Positions 54,354 to 63,609 of a DNA stretch of 64,000 bases are shown here, one piece after another. The stretch lies in contig CAVRYX010000001.1 of NCBI GenBank assembly GCA_963725535.1, positions 75,540 through 139,539 of the forward strand, given 5' to 3'. The notes beneath the pieces are model-generated. The model did no database searches. It was not told the DNA's origin and saw only the letters and a program-made list of their open reading frames with translations. Source of the stretch: an uncultured Solirubrobacterales bacterium (GTDB lineage Bacteria; Actinomycetota; Thermoleophilia; Solirubrobacterales; Solirubrobacteraceae). The position numbers and the translations under genes are program-made. Each line of letters starts with the position of its first letter. Position 1 is the stretch's first letter.

Positions 54354-55783
54354 TGGCCGGCCCGCTCGCACCCACGGGCGCGCGGGGCCTTGGTCCGAAG
54401 CTCGCGCTCGCCCGGGCCGCCGGCGCGCTCTCGCGGCTGCGCGGCGGCGGCGCCACCTCTGTGCCCGGCAAGGTGCTCTTGCGCTTGGAGCCCAGCGCGA
54501 TCGGTCTACTTGGCGCGCGGCTGCGACATGGCAGCGTTTTGATCTCCGCGACCAACGGCAAGACGACCACCGCGGCGATGGCCGCCGCGATCTTCGCGCA
54601 GGATGGTGTGGAGCTTGTTCACAACCGCGCGGGGGCCAACATGGCCGGCGGCATCGCCTCCACGCTGCTTGCCTGCGCTCATGGGCGCAATTCGATCGCC
54701 GGCGAGCTCGGCCTGTTCGAGGTGGACGAGTTCTGGCTCGACCGGCTCGCCTCCCAGCTTCGCCCCCGCGCGATCCTGCTCGGCAACCTCTTCCGCGACC
54801 AGCTTGACCGCTACGGCGAGCTCGATTTGATCGCCGAGCGCTGGGCGCACACGGTCCGCGACGGCGCCGGCCGCGACGCCCGATTGGTTCTCAACGCCGA
54901 CGACCCCCTGGTCGCCGACCTCGGCCGCGAGCGCGTCGGGGCGGCGGGCGTCCTGTACTTCGGGGTCGCCGACGACTCGCTCGCGCTCCCCCGCATGGCG
55001 CACGCCGCCGACGCCAAGCACTGCCGCAACTGCGGCGCCCCTTACGTCTTCGACGCCGTCTACCTCGGCCACCTTGGCCGCTACCACTGCCCCGCTTGCT
55101 GTCAGACCCGTCCGACGCCGGAGGTCTTCGCGACAGCTGTGCGGCTGGACGGGGTTCGTGCCGCGCGCTTCACACTGCACACCCCCGGCGGCGAGGCCGA
55201 TGTCGCACTGCCTCTTCCCGGCCTCTACAACATCTACAACGCGCTCGCCGCCGCGGCGCTCGCCCATACGCTCGACGTTTCGCTGGAGGGCACCGTCTCC
55301 GGCCTGCAGAGCACGCGGGCGGCCTTCGGCCGCGCGGAGATCGTGCTGCTCGGGGAGCCCGCCCACCCCCGCACTATGCGCATCCTGCTCGTCAAGAACC
55401 CCGCCGGGGCCAACGAGGTGCTGCGCACGCTCGCGCTGGAGCCGGGCGAGCACGACCTGCTCGGGGTTCTCAACGACAACACCGCCGACGGGCACGACGT
55501 CTCCTGGATCTGGGACGCCGACTTCGAGCTGCTCGCGGGGCGCGTTCGGCGTGCCACCTGTAGCGGCACCCGCGCCGCCGAGCTCGCGGTGCGCCTGAAG
55601 TACGCAGGCGTGGAGCCCGAGCGCATCCACGTACTTCCCGACCTCGCCGCTGCCTTGGCTGACGCGCAGGCCGATGAGCCGCCCGATGGTGCGTCTCTAT
55701 ATGCGCTTCCCACCTACACCGCGATGCTCTCGCTGCGCGAGCTTCTGAGCGCCGACGGCCACACCCGGAGCGCGCTCTCATGA
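54353..55783 (+). CDS. murT: lipid II isoglutaminyl synthase subunit MurT (Mur-ligase family with DUF1727)
   Basis: ISATNGKTTTAAM, Cys4 ribbon CRNCGAPY...YHCPACC, DGHDVSWIWDADFE. Translationally coupled to gatD. Confidence 0.85.
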   Translation: MAGPLAPTGARGLGPKLALARAAGALSRLRGGGATSVPGKVLLRLEPSAIGLLGARLRHGSVLISATNGKTTTAAMAAAIFAQDGVELVHNRAGANMAGGIASTLLACAHGRNSIAGELGLFEVDEFWLDRLASQLRPRAILLGNLFRDQLDRYGELDLIAERWAHTVRDGAGRDARLVLNADDPLVADLGRERVGAAGVLYFGVADDSLALPRMAHAADAKHCRNCGAPYVFDAVYLGHLGRYHCPACCQTRPTPEVFATAVRLDGVRAARFTLHTPGGEADVALPLPGLYNIYNALAAAALAHTLDVSLEGTVSGLQSTRAAFGRAEIVLLGEPAHPRTMRILLVKNPAGANEVLRTLALEPGEHDLLGVLNDNTADGHDVSWIWDADFELLAGRVRRATCSGTRAAELAVRLKYAGVEPERIHVLPDLAAALADAQADEPPDGASLYALPTYTAMLSLRELLSADGHTRSALS

Positions 55784-56514
55784 GCACCCTTCGGGCCTGC
55801 GCGCTTTACCCCGACCTGATGAACATCTACGCCGATCGCGGCAACCTGCTCGTGCTGGAGCGCCGCTGCGCCTGGCGCGGGCTCGGCTTCGAGCTCACCT
55901 CGGCCGGTCTAGGGGAGCCGCTGGACGGAAGTACCCACGACCTCTTTTATCTGGGCGGCGGGCAGGACCGCGACCAGCGGCTCTGCGCCGAGGACCTGCT
56001 CGTTACCAAGCGCGATGCGCTGCACGCCGCCGCGGCGCGCGGCGCTGTCGTTCTGGGTGTGTGCGGTGGCTACCAGCTTCTGGGGCGCTCCTACGAGCTC
56101 GGCCCCGGCGAGGAGCTGCCGGGTGTTGGGCTGCTGGACGTTCGCACAGTGCGCGATGACGACTCACGCCTGATCGGCAACGTCGGGATCGAGGTCTCGC
56201 TCGACAGCGGCGACGACCGCGTCCTTGCTGGTTTCGAGAATCACGGCGGGCGCACATACCTCGGCGTGGGCCAGGATCCGCTAGGGCGTGTTTTGAAGGG
56301 TTACGGCAACGACGGGCGCAGCGGCTTCGAGGGCGCGCGTTTTGGCAACGTGATTGGCACCTACCTGCACGGACCGCTACTCCCTAAGAACGTCTGGTTT
56401 GCCGACTGGTTGATCGCGACCGCGTTGGGGGTCGATTCCGCGGAGCTCGCGCCACTCGACGACGCACTCGAGGAGGAGGCCCACCGTGGCGCGCGCCAGG
56501 CTGCCGGGGTCTGA
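55780..56514 (+). CDS. gatD: glutamine amidotransferase subunit GatD (CobQ-type GATase)
   Basis: LYPDLMNIYADRGNLLVL, GVCGGYQLLG, GTYLHGPLLPKN. Confidence 0.85.
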   Translation: MSTLRACALYPDLMNIYADRGNLLVLERRCAWRGLGFELTSAGLGEPLDGSTHDLFYLGGGQDRDQRLCAEDLLVTKRDALHAAAARGAVVLGVCGGYQLLGRSYELGPGEELPGVGLLDVRTVRDDDSRLIGNVGIEVSLDSGDDRVLAGFENHGGRTYLGVGQDPLGRVLKGYGNDGRSGFEGARFGNVIGTYLHGPLLPKNVWFADWLIATALGVDSAELAPLDDALEEEAHRGARQAAGV

Positions 56515-56596
56515 GCCACGCTGATCGTGGTTGTCAGTCGTTTGGAGGTAGCTCCTCCTACACCCGCACCCGACCCGCTCCGGCGGGTCGAGATCT

Positions 56597-57883
56597 TCAA
56601 GCCACCGCGAACCGCGCGAAGCGCGCCGCCGTACGGGCGGGTACAAGTGCTCTGACGCGGACGCCCTCGGGGGTGTCGAGGCGGGCGAGGTCGCCTGCCA
56701 GCTCGTGCAACTCGGCGAGGCTCGACCCGTTGGCGTACGGGACCAGCAGCTCCACCGGACACAGCGTGTGGCGCAGCTCGCGCTCGATTCGTGCAACCAG
56801 GTCCTCCAGGCCCTCTCCTCTCGCCCCGCTGACGAGCACCGCGTCGGGGTGGCGCAACCGCAGCTCTTGGCGCGCGGGCTCGTCGAGCAGGTCCACCTTG
56901 TTGAGGACCAGCACCCGGGGGTTGGAGTCTGCGCCGATCTCCTCCAGCACCTCCTCGACCGCGCGGCGCATCGCCTCCCCCTCCTCCTCCGGCGCGGAGG
57001 CGTCGAGCGCGTGCAGCAGCAGGTCCGCGCGGATCGTCTCCTCGAGCGTCGCCCCGAATGCGTCCACAAGCTGATGGGGCAGCTTGCGGATGAAGCCCAC
57101 CGTGTCGGTCAGCAGGTGCGGGCGCCCGCCGAGGCGGATCGTGCGGGTCGTCGGGTCGAGTGTGTGAAATAGGCGGTCGCGCACCTCCACCTCAGGGCCC
57201 GCGTCGGCGCCCGCGCGGCGGCCGTGCGCTGCGGTCAGCGCGTTGAGCAGCGTCGACTTGCCCGCGTTGGTGTAGCCGGCGAGCGCGATCGTCGGCAGCG
57301 CCGCGCGCTCGCGCTCAGCGCGCCCCGTTGCGCGCGAGCTGCGCACGTGCTCCAGGCGCCGGCGCAGCGCCGCGATCCGGTCGCGCGCGAGGCGGCGGTC
57401 GGTCTCGATCTGGCTCTCGCCCGGTCCGCGGGTGCCGATCCCGCCGCCGAGGCGCTCGAGGTGGCTCCACAATCCGCGCATCCGCGCGAGGTTGTACTCC
57501 AGCTGCGCGAGCTCCACCTGGAGCTTGCCCTCCGCGCTGGCCGCGTGCGCGGCGAAGATGTCGAGTATCACGGTGGTGCGATCGACCACCGGCAGGCCCA
57601 TCTCCTGCTCGAGGTTGCGCTCCTGGCGCGGGCTTAGTTCGTCGTCGCAGGCGACCACGTTGGCGTCGCACTCCTGCGCGGCGCGCTTGGCCTCCGCGAC
57701 CTTGCCCGGCCCGAGGTACGTGTTGGGATGAGGCTGCTCGCGGCGCTGCACCACTTCCCCCACGCTCGCCACCCCCGCGGTGAGCAGCAGCTCCTTGAGC
57801 TCCCGCACGCTGCTGTCGTCGCCGTCGGGGAGCGCGGCGATACAGAGGGCGCGCTGACGGGCGCGAGGCGTCGCTTGCATCAT
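56597..57883 (-). CDS. hflX: GTPase HflX
   Basis: GTRGPGESQIETDRR, G1 motif AGYTNAGKSTLLNAL, DTVGFI, NKVD. Confidence 0.9.
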   Translation of the reverse strand: MMQATPRARQRALCIAALPDGDDSSVRELKELLLTAGVASVGEVVQRREQPHPNTYLGPGKVAEAKRAAQECDANVVACDDELSPRQERNLEQEMGLPVVDRTTVILDIFAAHAASAEGKLQVELAQLEYNLARMRGLWSHLERLGGGIGTRGPGESQIETDRRLARDRIAALRRRLEHVRSSRATGRAERERAALPTIALAGYTNAGKSTLLNALTAAHGRRAGADAGPEVEVRDRLFHTLDPTTRTIRLGGRPHLLTDTVGFIRKLPHQLVDAFGATLEETIRADLLLHALDASAPEEEGEAMRRAVEEVLEEIGADSNPRVLVLNKVDLLDEPARQELRLRHPDAVLVSGARGEGLEDLVARIERELRHTLCPVELLVPYANGSSLAELHELAGDLARLDTPEGVRVRALVPARTAARFARFAVA

Positions 57884-58013
57884 TCACCCCAGTGTAGGTG
57901 GCGCGCGGGCCCGCCAGGTGGACGCCCGGCGCGCAGACGCGGGGCACGGAGGCCCCTGCGCACACGCCCGCGGTGAACGCACCCACCCGCGCGGACGATC
58001 CCCCCAAATCAGC

Positions 58014-59177
58014 TCAGGTCATCGAGGCCAACCGCTCGACGGCCTCCGCCAGGCGGTCGTCCGGGGTGGTCAAGGAGATGCGAAACCACCCCTCGCCGCT
58101 GGGGCCGTACGCGCTGCCGGGGGAGATCACCACGGCGGTGCGCTCGAGCACGTGCTCGCAGTACGCGACGGAGCTCTCGAAGCCCGCGGGGACGGGCGCC
58201 CACACGTAGATCGTGCCCTTCGGCGGGGTCACGTGCACGCCGGCCTTCGCGAGCGCCTCGCACACGAGGTCGCGGCGCATTCGGTACAGCTCGTTCATCG
58301 AGGCGACCTCGACGTCGGCGTCCGGGGAGAGCGCCGCCACGCCCGCGAGCTGCACCGCCTCGAACAGCCCGGAGTCGATGTTCGTCTTCAGCCGCCAGTA
58401 CGTCTCGATCGCCTGCGCGTTTCCGACCACCGCCGCGCAGCGCCAGCCGGTCATGTTGTAGCCCTTGGAGAGCGAGTACACCTCGATCCCCACCTCCTTC
58501 GCACCGGGGGTCGCCAGGAACGAGGGCGGGCGGTGGCCTTCGAAGGCGATCTCCGAGTAGGAGTTGTCGTGCACGACGAGCACCTCGTGCTCACGCGCGA
58601 ACGCCACGACCCGCTCGAAGAAGCCCTCGGGGGCGAGCGCGCCGGTCGGGTTGTTGGGGTAGTTGAGGTACACCACCTTCGCGCGCGCGCTGTCCGCCGG
58701 GGCCACCGCGTCGAGATCGGGCACGAAGCCCAGCTCGGGCACGAGCGGCAGCGGGACGGCGTCGGCGCCGGCGAGCAGCGGCCCGCCGGTGTACACGGGG
58801 TACCCGGGGTCCGCCGCGAGCGCCGCGTCGCCGGGGTCGAGGAACGCGAGGTTGAGGTTGAAGATCGCCTCCTTGGCGCCGATCGCGGGGATGACCTCGC
58901 TCTCGGGGTCCACCCGCACGTCGAAGCGGCGCGCGTAGTAGTCGCTGACGGCCTCGCGGAAGTCCTTACGGCCGCGGTTGGACGGGTACTGATGGGTCTC
59001 GGGCTCGGTCACGGCCTCGCGCATCGCCTCCACCACCAGCGCCGGCGTCGGCCGGTCGGGATCGCCGATGCCGAGGCTGATCACATCGACCCCTTCGGCC
59101 TTCTTCGCGGAGATCTTGCGCTCCAGTTCGGCGAAGAGGTACGGCGGTATGCGATCCAGGCGCTTACTTGGCTTCAT
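58014..59177 (-). CDS. dapL: LL-diaminopimelate aminotransferase-type class I aminotransferase
   Basis: IPPYLFAEL...ISLGIGDPD, NYPNNPTG, YSLSKGYNMTGWR (PLP Lys). Lies next to dapF. Confidence 0.8.
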   Translation of the reverse strand: MKPSKRLDRIPPYLFAELERKISAKKAEGVDVISLGIGDPDRPTPALVVEAMREAVTEPETHQYPSNRGRKDFREAVSDYYARRFDVRVDPESEVIPAIGAKEAIFNLNLAFLDPGDAALAADPGYPVYTGGPLLAGADAVPLPLVPELGFVPDLDAVAPADSARAKVVYLNYPNNPTGALAPEGFFERVVAFAREHEVLVVHDNSYSEIAFEGHRPPSFLATPGAKEVGIEVYSLSKGYNMTGWRCAAVVGNAQAIETYWRLKTNIDSGLFEAVQLAGVAALSPDADVEVASMNELYRMRRDLVCEALAKAGVHVTPPKGTIYVWAPVPAGFESSVAYCEHVLERTAVVISPGSAYGPSGEGWFRISLTTPDDRLAEAVERLASMT

Positions 59178-59275
59178 GATCTCCGTCCGTTGTCAAACGC
59201 TTTTTGTGGGAGGGAGGGCCCGCCCTTCCCCAGCTGGCTGATGCGGTCCAGGCGCTTACTTGGTCTCGGTGTCAT
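59174..59275 (-). CDS. 33-codon upstream ORF created by partial duplication of the dapL 5' end
   Basis: AAGGAG, 5 nt, then ATG. MTPRPSKRLDRISQLGKGGPSLPQKAFDNGRRS. Its TGA overlaps the dapL ATG (ATGA). Residues PSKRLDRI duplicate dapL residues 3-10. Confidence 0.3.
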   Translation of the reverse strand: MTPRPSKRLDRISQLGKGGPSLPQKAFDNGRRS

Positions 59276-59320
59276 CGGTCTCCTTGAGGTGGTCTCGCGG
59301 GGGGATACGGCCTGGGCGCT

Positions 59321-60328
59321 TCACTCGGTCTCGTGCAGCTCCCTGAGGAAGTCCTCGCTCAGCTGGCCGTCGAACACGGGTCGCGCCCAGCCGGTCAGGT
59401 GCACGCGCAGATCCTCCCCCACCTCCACGTGCAACTCGCCGCCGTCGAGGGCGACGGTTACCGTGCCGGCAGGTTGCGCGGGGCTGGCGCCCGGAGGGTG
59501 GTTGGCGTCGTTCGCGTCGGCGCGCGGCGCGCGGCGCTGGGCCAGGATGTGGGCTACCGCGGCGCCTGTGGCGCCGGTCCCCGAGGCGAGCGTCTCCCCC
59601 ACCCCGCGCTCGAAGATCCGCGCGCGCAGCCGGCACGGTTCGGTCTCGGTGTACCACGAGACGTTGGTGCGGTGGGGGAACAGCTCGTGGCCTTCGATCG
59701 CGGGGCCCACCGCAGGCAAGTCCAGCGCCAGCAGCGCGCCGAGGTCCTCGACGTGGATCGCGCACTGCGGGTTGCCGATCGAGACGTGCTGGAAGCGCCA
59801 CCGGCGCCCACCTGCGCTCAATTCGCCGCGGCCGTCGGGCGGGCCACTCGGGAAACTCGGCGACGTCAGCGTGGCGACACCCATGTCGATGCGGCAGCTG
59901 TGGGGGCTGAGGATCGTCGGGGCGATCGGTCCCGCGGCCGTCTCGATCGAGAACACGTCCTCCTCGGTCCACCCGTGGCGGCGTAGGTACAGCACGGCCT
60001 CGCGCGCGCCGTTGCCGGAGAGCTCGGCCTCCGACCCGTCGGGGTTGTAGATCTCAAGGCGCGCGACGTGCCGCGGGTCCTCGCAGTGGCTGAGCAGCAA
60101 CACCCCGTCTGCCCCCACGCCGAAGTGCGGGGCGCACAGCTTGCGCACACGCGGTGGGGTGAGCTCGAGCGGCAGTTGCTCGCGCTCCACGATCAGGTAG
60201 TCGTTGCCGAGCGCCTGCCACTTCTCAAACAGAAACGGGGGGTGGTCGGGAGGGGGGCCTGCCCCCCTCCCGCTCAGCGTCTGCCACTTCTCGAACCGCA
60301 GCGGGTGGGTGTCCTCGTCGGTGCTCAT
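59321..60328 (-). CDS. dapF: diaminopimelate epimerase with ~22-codon N-terminal insertion
   Basis: FEKWQALGNDYLIV, SGNGAREAVLYL, ERGVGETLASGTGATGAAVA. ATG 60326-60328 in ATGA overlap with the miaA stop. Confidence 0.85.
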   Translation of the reverse strand: MSTDEDTHPLRFEKWQTLSGRGAGPPPDHPPFLFEKWQALGNDYLIVEREQLPLELTPPRVRKLCAPHFGVGADGVLLLSHCEDPRHVARLEIYNPDGSEAELSGNGAREAVLYLRRHGWTEEDVFSIETAAGPIAPTILSPHSCRIDMGVATLTSPSFPSGPPDGRGELSAGGRRWRFQHVSIGNPQCAIHVEDLGALLALDLPAVGPAIEGHELFPHRTNVSWYTETEPCRLRARIFERGVGETLASGTGATGAAVAHILAQRRAPRADANDANHPPGASPAQPAGTVTVALDGGELHVEVGEDLRVHLTGWARPVFDGQLSEDFLRELHETE

Positions 60329-61224
60329 GCGCCGCCGGAGTTTACGATCTCCACGGCGACCTCCTCCGGCGTGCGGTCGGTCACGTCGATCACGTGCACG
60401 CCCGCGAGCTTGCGCATCCACGTGAGCTGGCGACGCGCGTAGTTGCGGGTGCGGCGCTGCCACGCCTCGACGTCGCCGGCGAGCAGCTCCTCGAAGCCGA
60501 GCGCCTGACGCGCGCCGGCGGAGGCCCCGGCGGCGTGCGCGCGCAGCACCTCCTCGCGGACCCCCGCGTCGCGCATCCCCCGCACGCGCGCGTCGATCCG
60601 CTCGTAGAGCGCCTCGCGCTCCATCGTCAGCCCCACGAGCAGCGTCGGGCGGCGCACCTCGGCGGTCCACAGCTGGGAGGGGCCCTCGGGTGGCTCGAGC
60701 TCACCGGCCTCGAGCGACTCCAGCGCGCGGACGATCCGCTGGCGGTCCGCCGGGTCGATGCCCTCGGCTGCCCACGGGGCGCGCTGGGCGAGGCGGGCGT
60801 GTAGCGCGCCCGGCCCGTGGCGTTCGAGCTCGACGGTCAGCCGCTCGCGCACGCCCTCGGGGGGCGGGGGGCGCAGGCGCAGCTCGGTGAGCGCGGCGCG
60901 CAGGTACAACCCCGTGCCGCCGACGACGATCGGCCGGCGCCCCGCGGCGAGCAACCCATCGATCTCGGCGTGCGCGAGCTCGGCGTACTGGCCGGCGCTG
61001 AAGCTCACATCGAGCGGCAGGAACGCGACGAGGCGGTGCTCCAGCTGCGCGCGCTCCGCGACGGAGGCGACCCCCGTGAGCGTCTCCAAGCCGTCGTACA
61101 CCTGCAGGGCGTCGGCGGACACGGCCACCGGGTCCTCCCCGGCTGCCCGCAGCCGCACGGCGAGCGCGACCGCCACCGCGGTCTTGCCGACGCCGGTGGG
61201 GCCGAAAAGCGCGAACACCTCCAC
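60325..61224 (-). CDS. miaA: tRNA dimethylallyltransferase
   Basis: LFGPTGVGKTAVAVALA (P-loop), DALQVYDGLETLTG, VVGGTGLYLRAAL, YARRQLTWMRK. GTG start at 61224. Confidence 0.9.
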   Translation of the reverse strand: MEVFALFGPTGVGKTAVAVALAVRLRAAGEDPVAVSADALQVYDGLETLTGVASVAERAQLEHRLVAFLPLDVSFSAGQYAELAHAEIDGLLAAGRRPIVVGGTGLYLRAALTELRLRPPPPEGVRERLTVELERHGPGALHARLAQRAPWAAEGIDPADRQRIVRALESLEAGELEPPEGPSQLWTAEVRRPTLLVGLTMEREALYERIDARVRGMRDAGVREEVLRAHAAGASAGARQALGFEELLAGDVEAWQRRTRNYARRQLTWMRKLAGVHVIDVTDRTPEEVAVEIVNSGGA

Positions 61225-61243
61225 TGACGTAGCCTTGCACCTG

Positions 61244-62035
61244 GTGAAGATCCCGGGGTCAACCGTGCTGCTCACCGGTGCCACGGGCGGCATCGGCCAC
61301 GCTATCGCGCGCGAGCTGCACGGGCGCGGCGCGCGTCTGATCCTCACCGGCCGGCGCGTACAGGTGCTCGAGGAGTTGGCGGCGGAGCTCGACGCCCAGG
61401 TGCTGGCAGCGGACCTGGCCGACCGCGCGCAGGTCGATCGCCTACTGGGAGAGGCGGGCGCGGTGGACATCCTCGTGGCGAACGCCGGCCTACCCGGGTC
61501 AGGGCTGCTGGAGGACTACTCCATCGAGGAGCTCGACCGGGTGCTCGACGTGAACCTGCGCGCCCCGATCGTGCTGGCGCGCGCGCTGGCGCCGGCGATG
61601 GCGGCCCGCGGCGTAGGGCATCTGCTGTTCGTCTCCTCGCTGTCGGGGAGGGCGGCGTCTGCGCGATCGGCGATGTACTGCGCTACGAAGTTCGGTCTGC
61701 GCGGCTTCGCGCTGGCGCTGCGTACGGACCTGCGCGCGCAGCACGTGGGCGTCTCGCTGGTGTACCCGGGCTTCATCCGCGAGGCGGGCATGTTCGCCGA
61801 CTCCGGCGCGAAGCTCCCGCCGGGCGTGGGCACGCGCAGCCCGCGGGACGTGGCGCGCGCGTCGGCGGAGGCGATCGAGCGCAACCGCGCCGAGGTGGAC
61901 GTCGCCCCCCTTCCGCTGCGGGCGGGCGCCATCATCGCGAGTGTCGCCCCCGGCCTCGCGGCGAGCGTCACCCGCTTGACGGGCGCCGACAAGCTCGCCG
62001 ACTCCTTCGTGGCGGGCCAGCGCGACAAGCGCTGA
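61244..62035 (+). CDS. short-chain dehydrogenase/reductase (SDR)
   Basis: LLTGATGGIGHAIA, NAG, SSLSGR...YCATKFGLRGF (YxxxK). Confidence 0.85.
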   Translation: MKIPGSTVLLTGATGGIGHAIARELHGRGARLILTGRRVQVLEELAAELDAQVLAADLADRAQVDRLLGEAGAVDILVANAGLPGSGLLEDYSIEELDRVLDVNLRAPIVLARALAPAMAARGVGHLLFVSSLSGRAASARSAMYCATKFGLRGFALALRTDLRAQHVGVSLVYPGFIREAGMFADSGAKLPPGVGTRSPRDVARASAEAIERNRAEVDVAPLPLRAGAIIASVAPGLAASVTRLTGADKLADSFVAGQRDKR

Positions 62036-62195
62036 GGGCCTATCCCGATTGGGGCGTGCGGCTGGGGCGGTCGAGGGTCGAGCGAGGCGCGGACGCAAGG
62101 GCGAAGGCGTGGTGGGCCCACGTCGAGCCCGAGGACAAAGCCTTGCGAAGGCCATCGGCCGTATCCAGGCGTGCGAGCCAAGAGGGATAGGCCCT
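62035..62195 (+). repeat. family-1 structured repeat, copy D (full ends, variant centre)
   Basis: Starts on the last base of the SDR stop codon. The ends are identical to copy B, but a central ~30-nt segment is replaced (GCCCGAGGACAAAGCCTTGCGAAGGCC). Confidence 0.85.
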
Positions 62196-62328
62196 AAGGG
62201 CCAAGGCCCGTAAGAGCACTCCTACACACTCCTTCGGGGGGGTTTAGCGGCCCGTTGCGGTCCGCTTAGCGGCAGCGCGCAGACTGGCTGGCGTAAAGGA
62301 AGAGCCCTCACGACCACAGGAGGTTCGC

Positions 62329-62661
62329 ATGAGCAAAGCAAGCACCATCAGGGCAGTGCTCGTGGTGGGCGCGCTGGCAACGGGAGGCGCGGTGGCCGGC
62401 ATCGCCGGTGCGGCCGCGGCTCCGAGTGGATCGAGCACGGCGACGGGCACCACCCAGACCCAGTCGACGCCGAGCACGACGACCACTCCGTCCACCCCGT
62501 CGAAAACGACCCCGGCGCCGAACACGACGACGCCGTCGGGCCACCACTGCCCGCACATGGGTTCGGGGTCGAGCTCGGGTTCGAACTCGGAATCCGAATC
62601 GGGCACGAGCTCCGGCAGCTTCTCTGGCGGACCCCCGGGGCCTGCTCCCACCAACCAGTAG
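62329..62661 (+). CDS. small secreted Ser/Thr-rich protein with HHCPHM motif
   Basis: GGAGG upstream. Signal peptide AVLVVGALATGGAVAGIAGAAA. Low-complexity T/S/P region, and the single Cys sits between His residues. Confidence 0.45.
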   Translation: MSKASTIRAVLVVGALATGGAVAGIAGAAAAPSGSSTATGTTQTQSTPSTTTTPSTPSKTTPAPNTTTPSGHHCPHMGSGSSSGSNSESESGTSSGSFSGGPPGPAPTNQ

Positions 62662-62964
62662 TCCAAGGCGAGGTTCACGCCTGGCGTGGGCCTCGAGTGC
62701 AGAGACGGCGGGCCGTCGCTCGGTCGGGACGGCCCGCCGTGTTCCAGGGGATCGGAAACACCGCCGGCGCATTGCAGTCGAACGCGCCGGTGGCACGCTC
62801 GCAGCGCTCCAACGGTCCGCGGTCCAGCGGTGGTGGGGAATTCCGGCCGGGCGCACGCGACTTAGAACCCGCGAGCCCTCGCGGCGGGAGCCGAGGATCG
62901 CCAGGAGGTGTGGTTTCGGCGCGGATAATCGGTGCGCAACCCGACGAGCCACGAAGGAGCGCCC

Positions 62965-63606
62965 ATGCCCCGCAAGAGCAGCAGGAACCGCAGACCGACG
63001 ACGATCGCGCTGGTGCTCGCCGCGCTCGCCTGCCTTGGTTTGGCGGCGTGCGGGAGCTCCTCCGGTGGGTCGTCGTCCAGCGCGTCTACCCCGACGGCCG
63101 CCAAAACGACGGCGGAAGCGACGACCCCCACTAGCAGCACTCCCACCACACCCACGAGCACGACCTCCGAACCAACCATCACCACCCGCGCGCAGTTCGT
63201 CGCGGTGTTCGAATGCCTGCGCCACAACGGGATCAAGCTGCCCCCGCTCAAGGAACTGGGAGGCAAGAACAAGGTCAACGCGAACACTCCGCAGTTCAAG
63301 GCGGCCAGGACAAAGTGCCTGCACGCCGTGCTCGGCGCCAACACGACCGCAGAAGCGACTCCCACGACCCCGACGACCACGACGCCGACGACCACGACCG
63401 CTGAAGCCAGCAGGGCTCATCGCCGTCAGCTGGCGGCGACGGTGGCGAAATGCCTGCGCAGCAACGGCGCCCAGGTGGCCGAACCGAGCGCGGAAGGCTT
63501 CCTGAAAATCGAAGGACCGGCGTCGCACACTCCCCAGTTCCACGCGGCCGTGACGAAGTGCCACTCGGTCATCGCCAAAGCGTTCGCGGAAGCGTCCAAG
63601 AAGTAG
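62965..63606 (+). CDS. lipoprotein with two copies of a Cys-pair helical module
   Basis: Lipobox LGLAAC. Repeated F..CLR.NG...P.F.AA..KC pattern (FECLRHNGIKL...FKAARTKC and AKCLRSNGAQV...FHAAVTKC) separated by Thr/Pro linkers. Confidence 0.6.
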   Translation: MPRKSSRNRRPTTIALVLAALACLGLAACGSSSGGSSSSASTPTAAKTTAEATTPTSSTPTTPTSTTSEPTITTRAQFVAVFECLRHNGIKLPPLKELGGKNKVNANTPQFKAARTKCLHAVLGANTTAEATPTTPTTTTPTTTTAEASRAHRRQLAATVAKCLRSNGAQVAEPSAEGFLKIEGPASHTPQFHAAVTKCHSVIAKAFAEASKK

Positions 63607-63609
63607 CGT

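Noticed and set aside
56284-56297. Match to the family-3 arm (CGTGTTTTGAAG) inside gatD
   Set aside because: It is a 12-nt match within a conserved coding region (LGRVLKGYG), lacks the rest of the arm, and is most likely a chance match.
54353-56514. murT-gatD pair as a novel amidoligase system
   Set aside because: This is the well-characterised lipid II isoglutamine synthase pair, and both proteins show the canonical motifs.
57918-60050. 710-aa plus-strand ORF spanning dapL and dapF
   Set aside because: It is antisense to two genes with clear family motifs, and its composition is Arg/Gly/His-rich with no domain signature.
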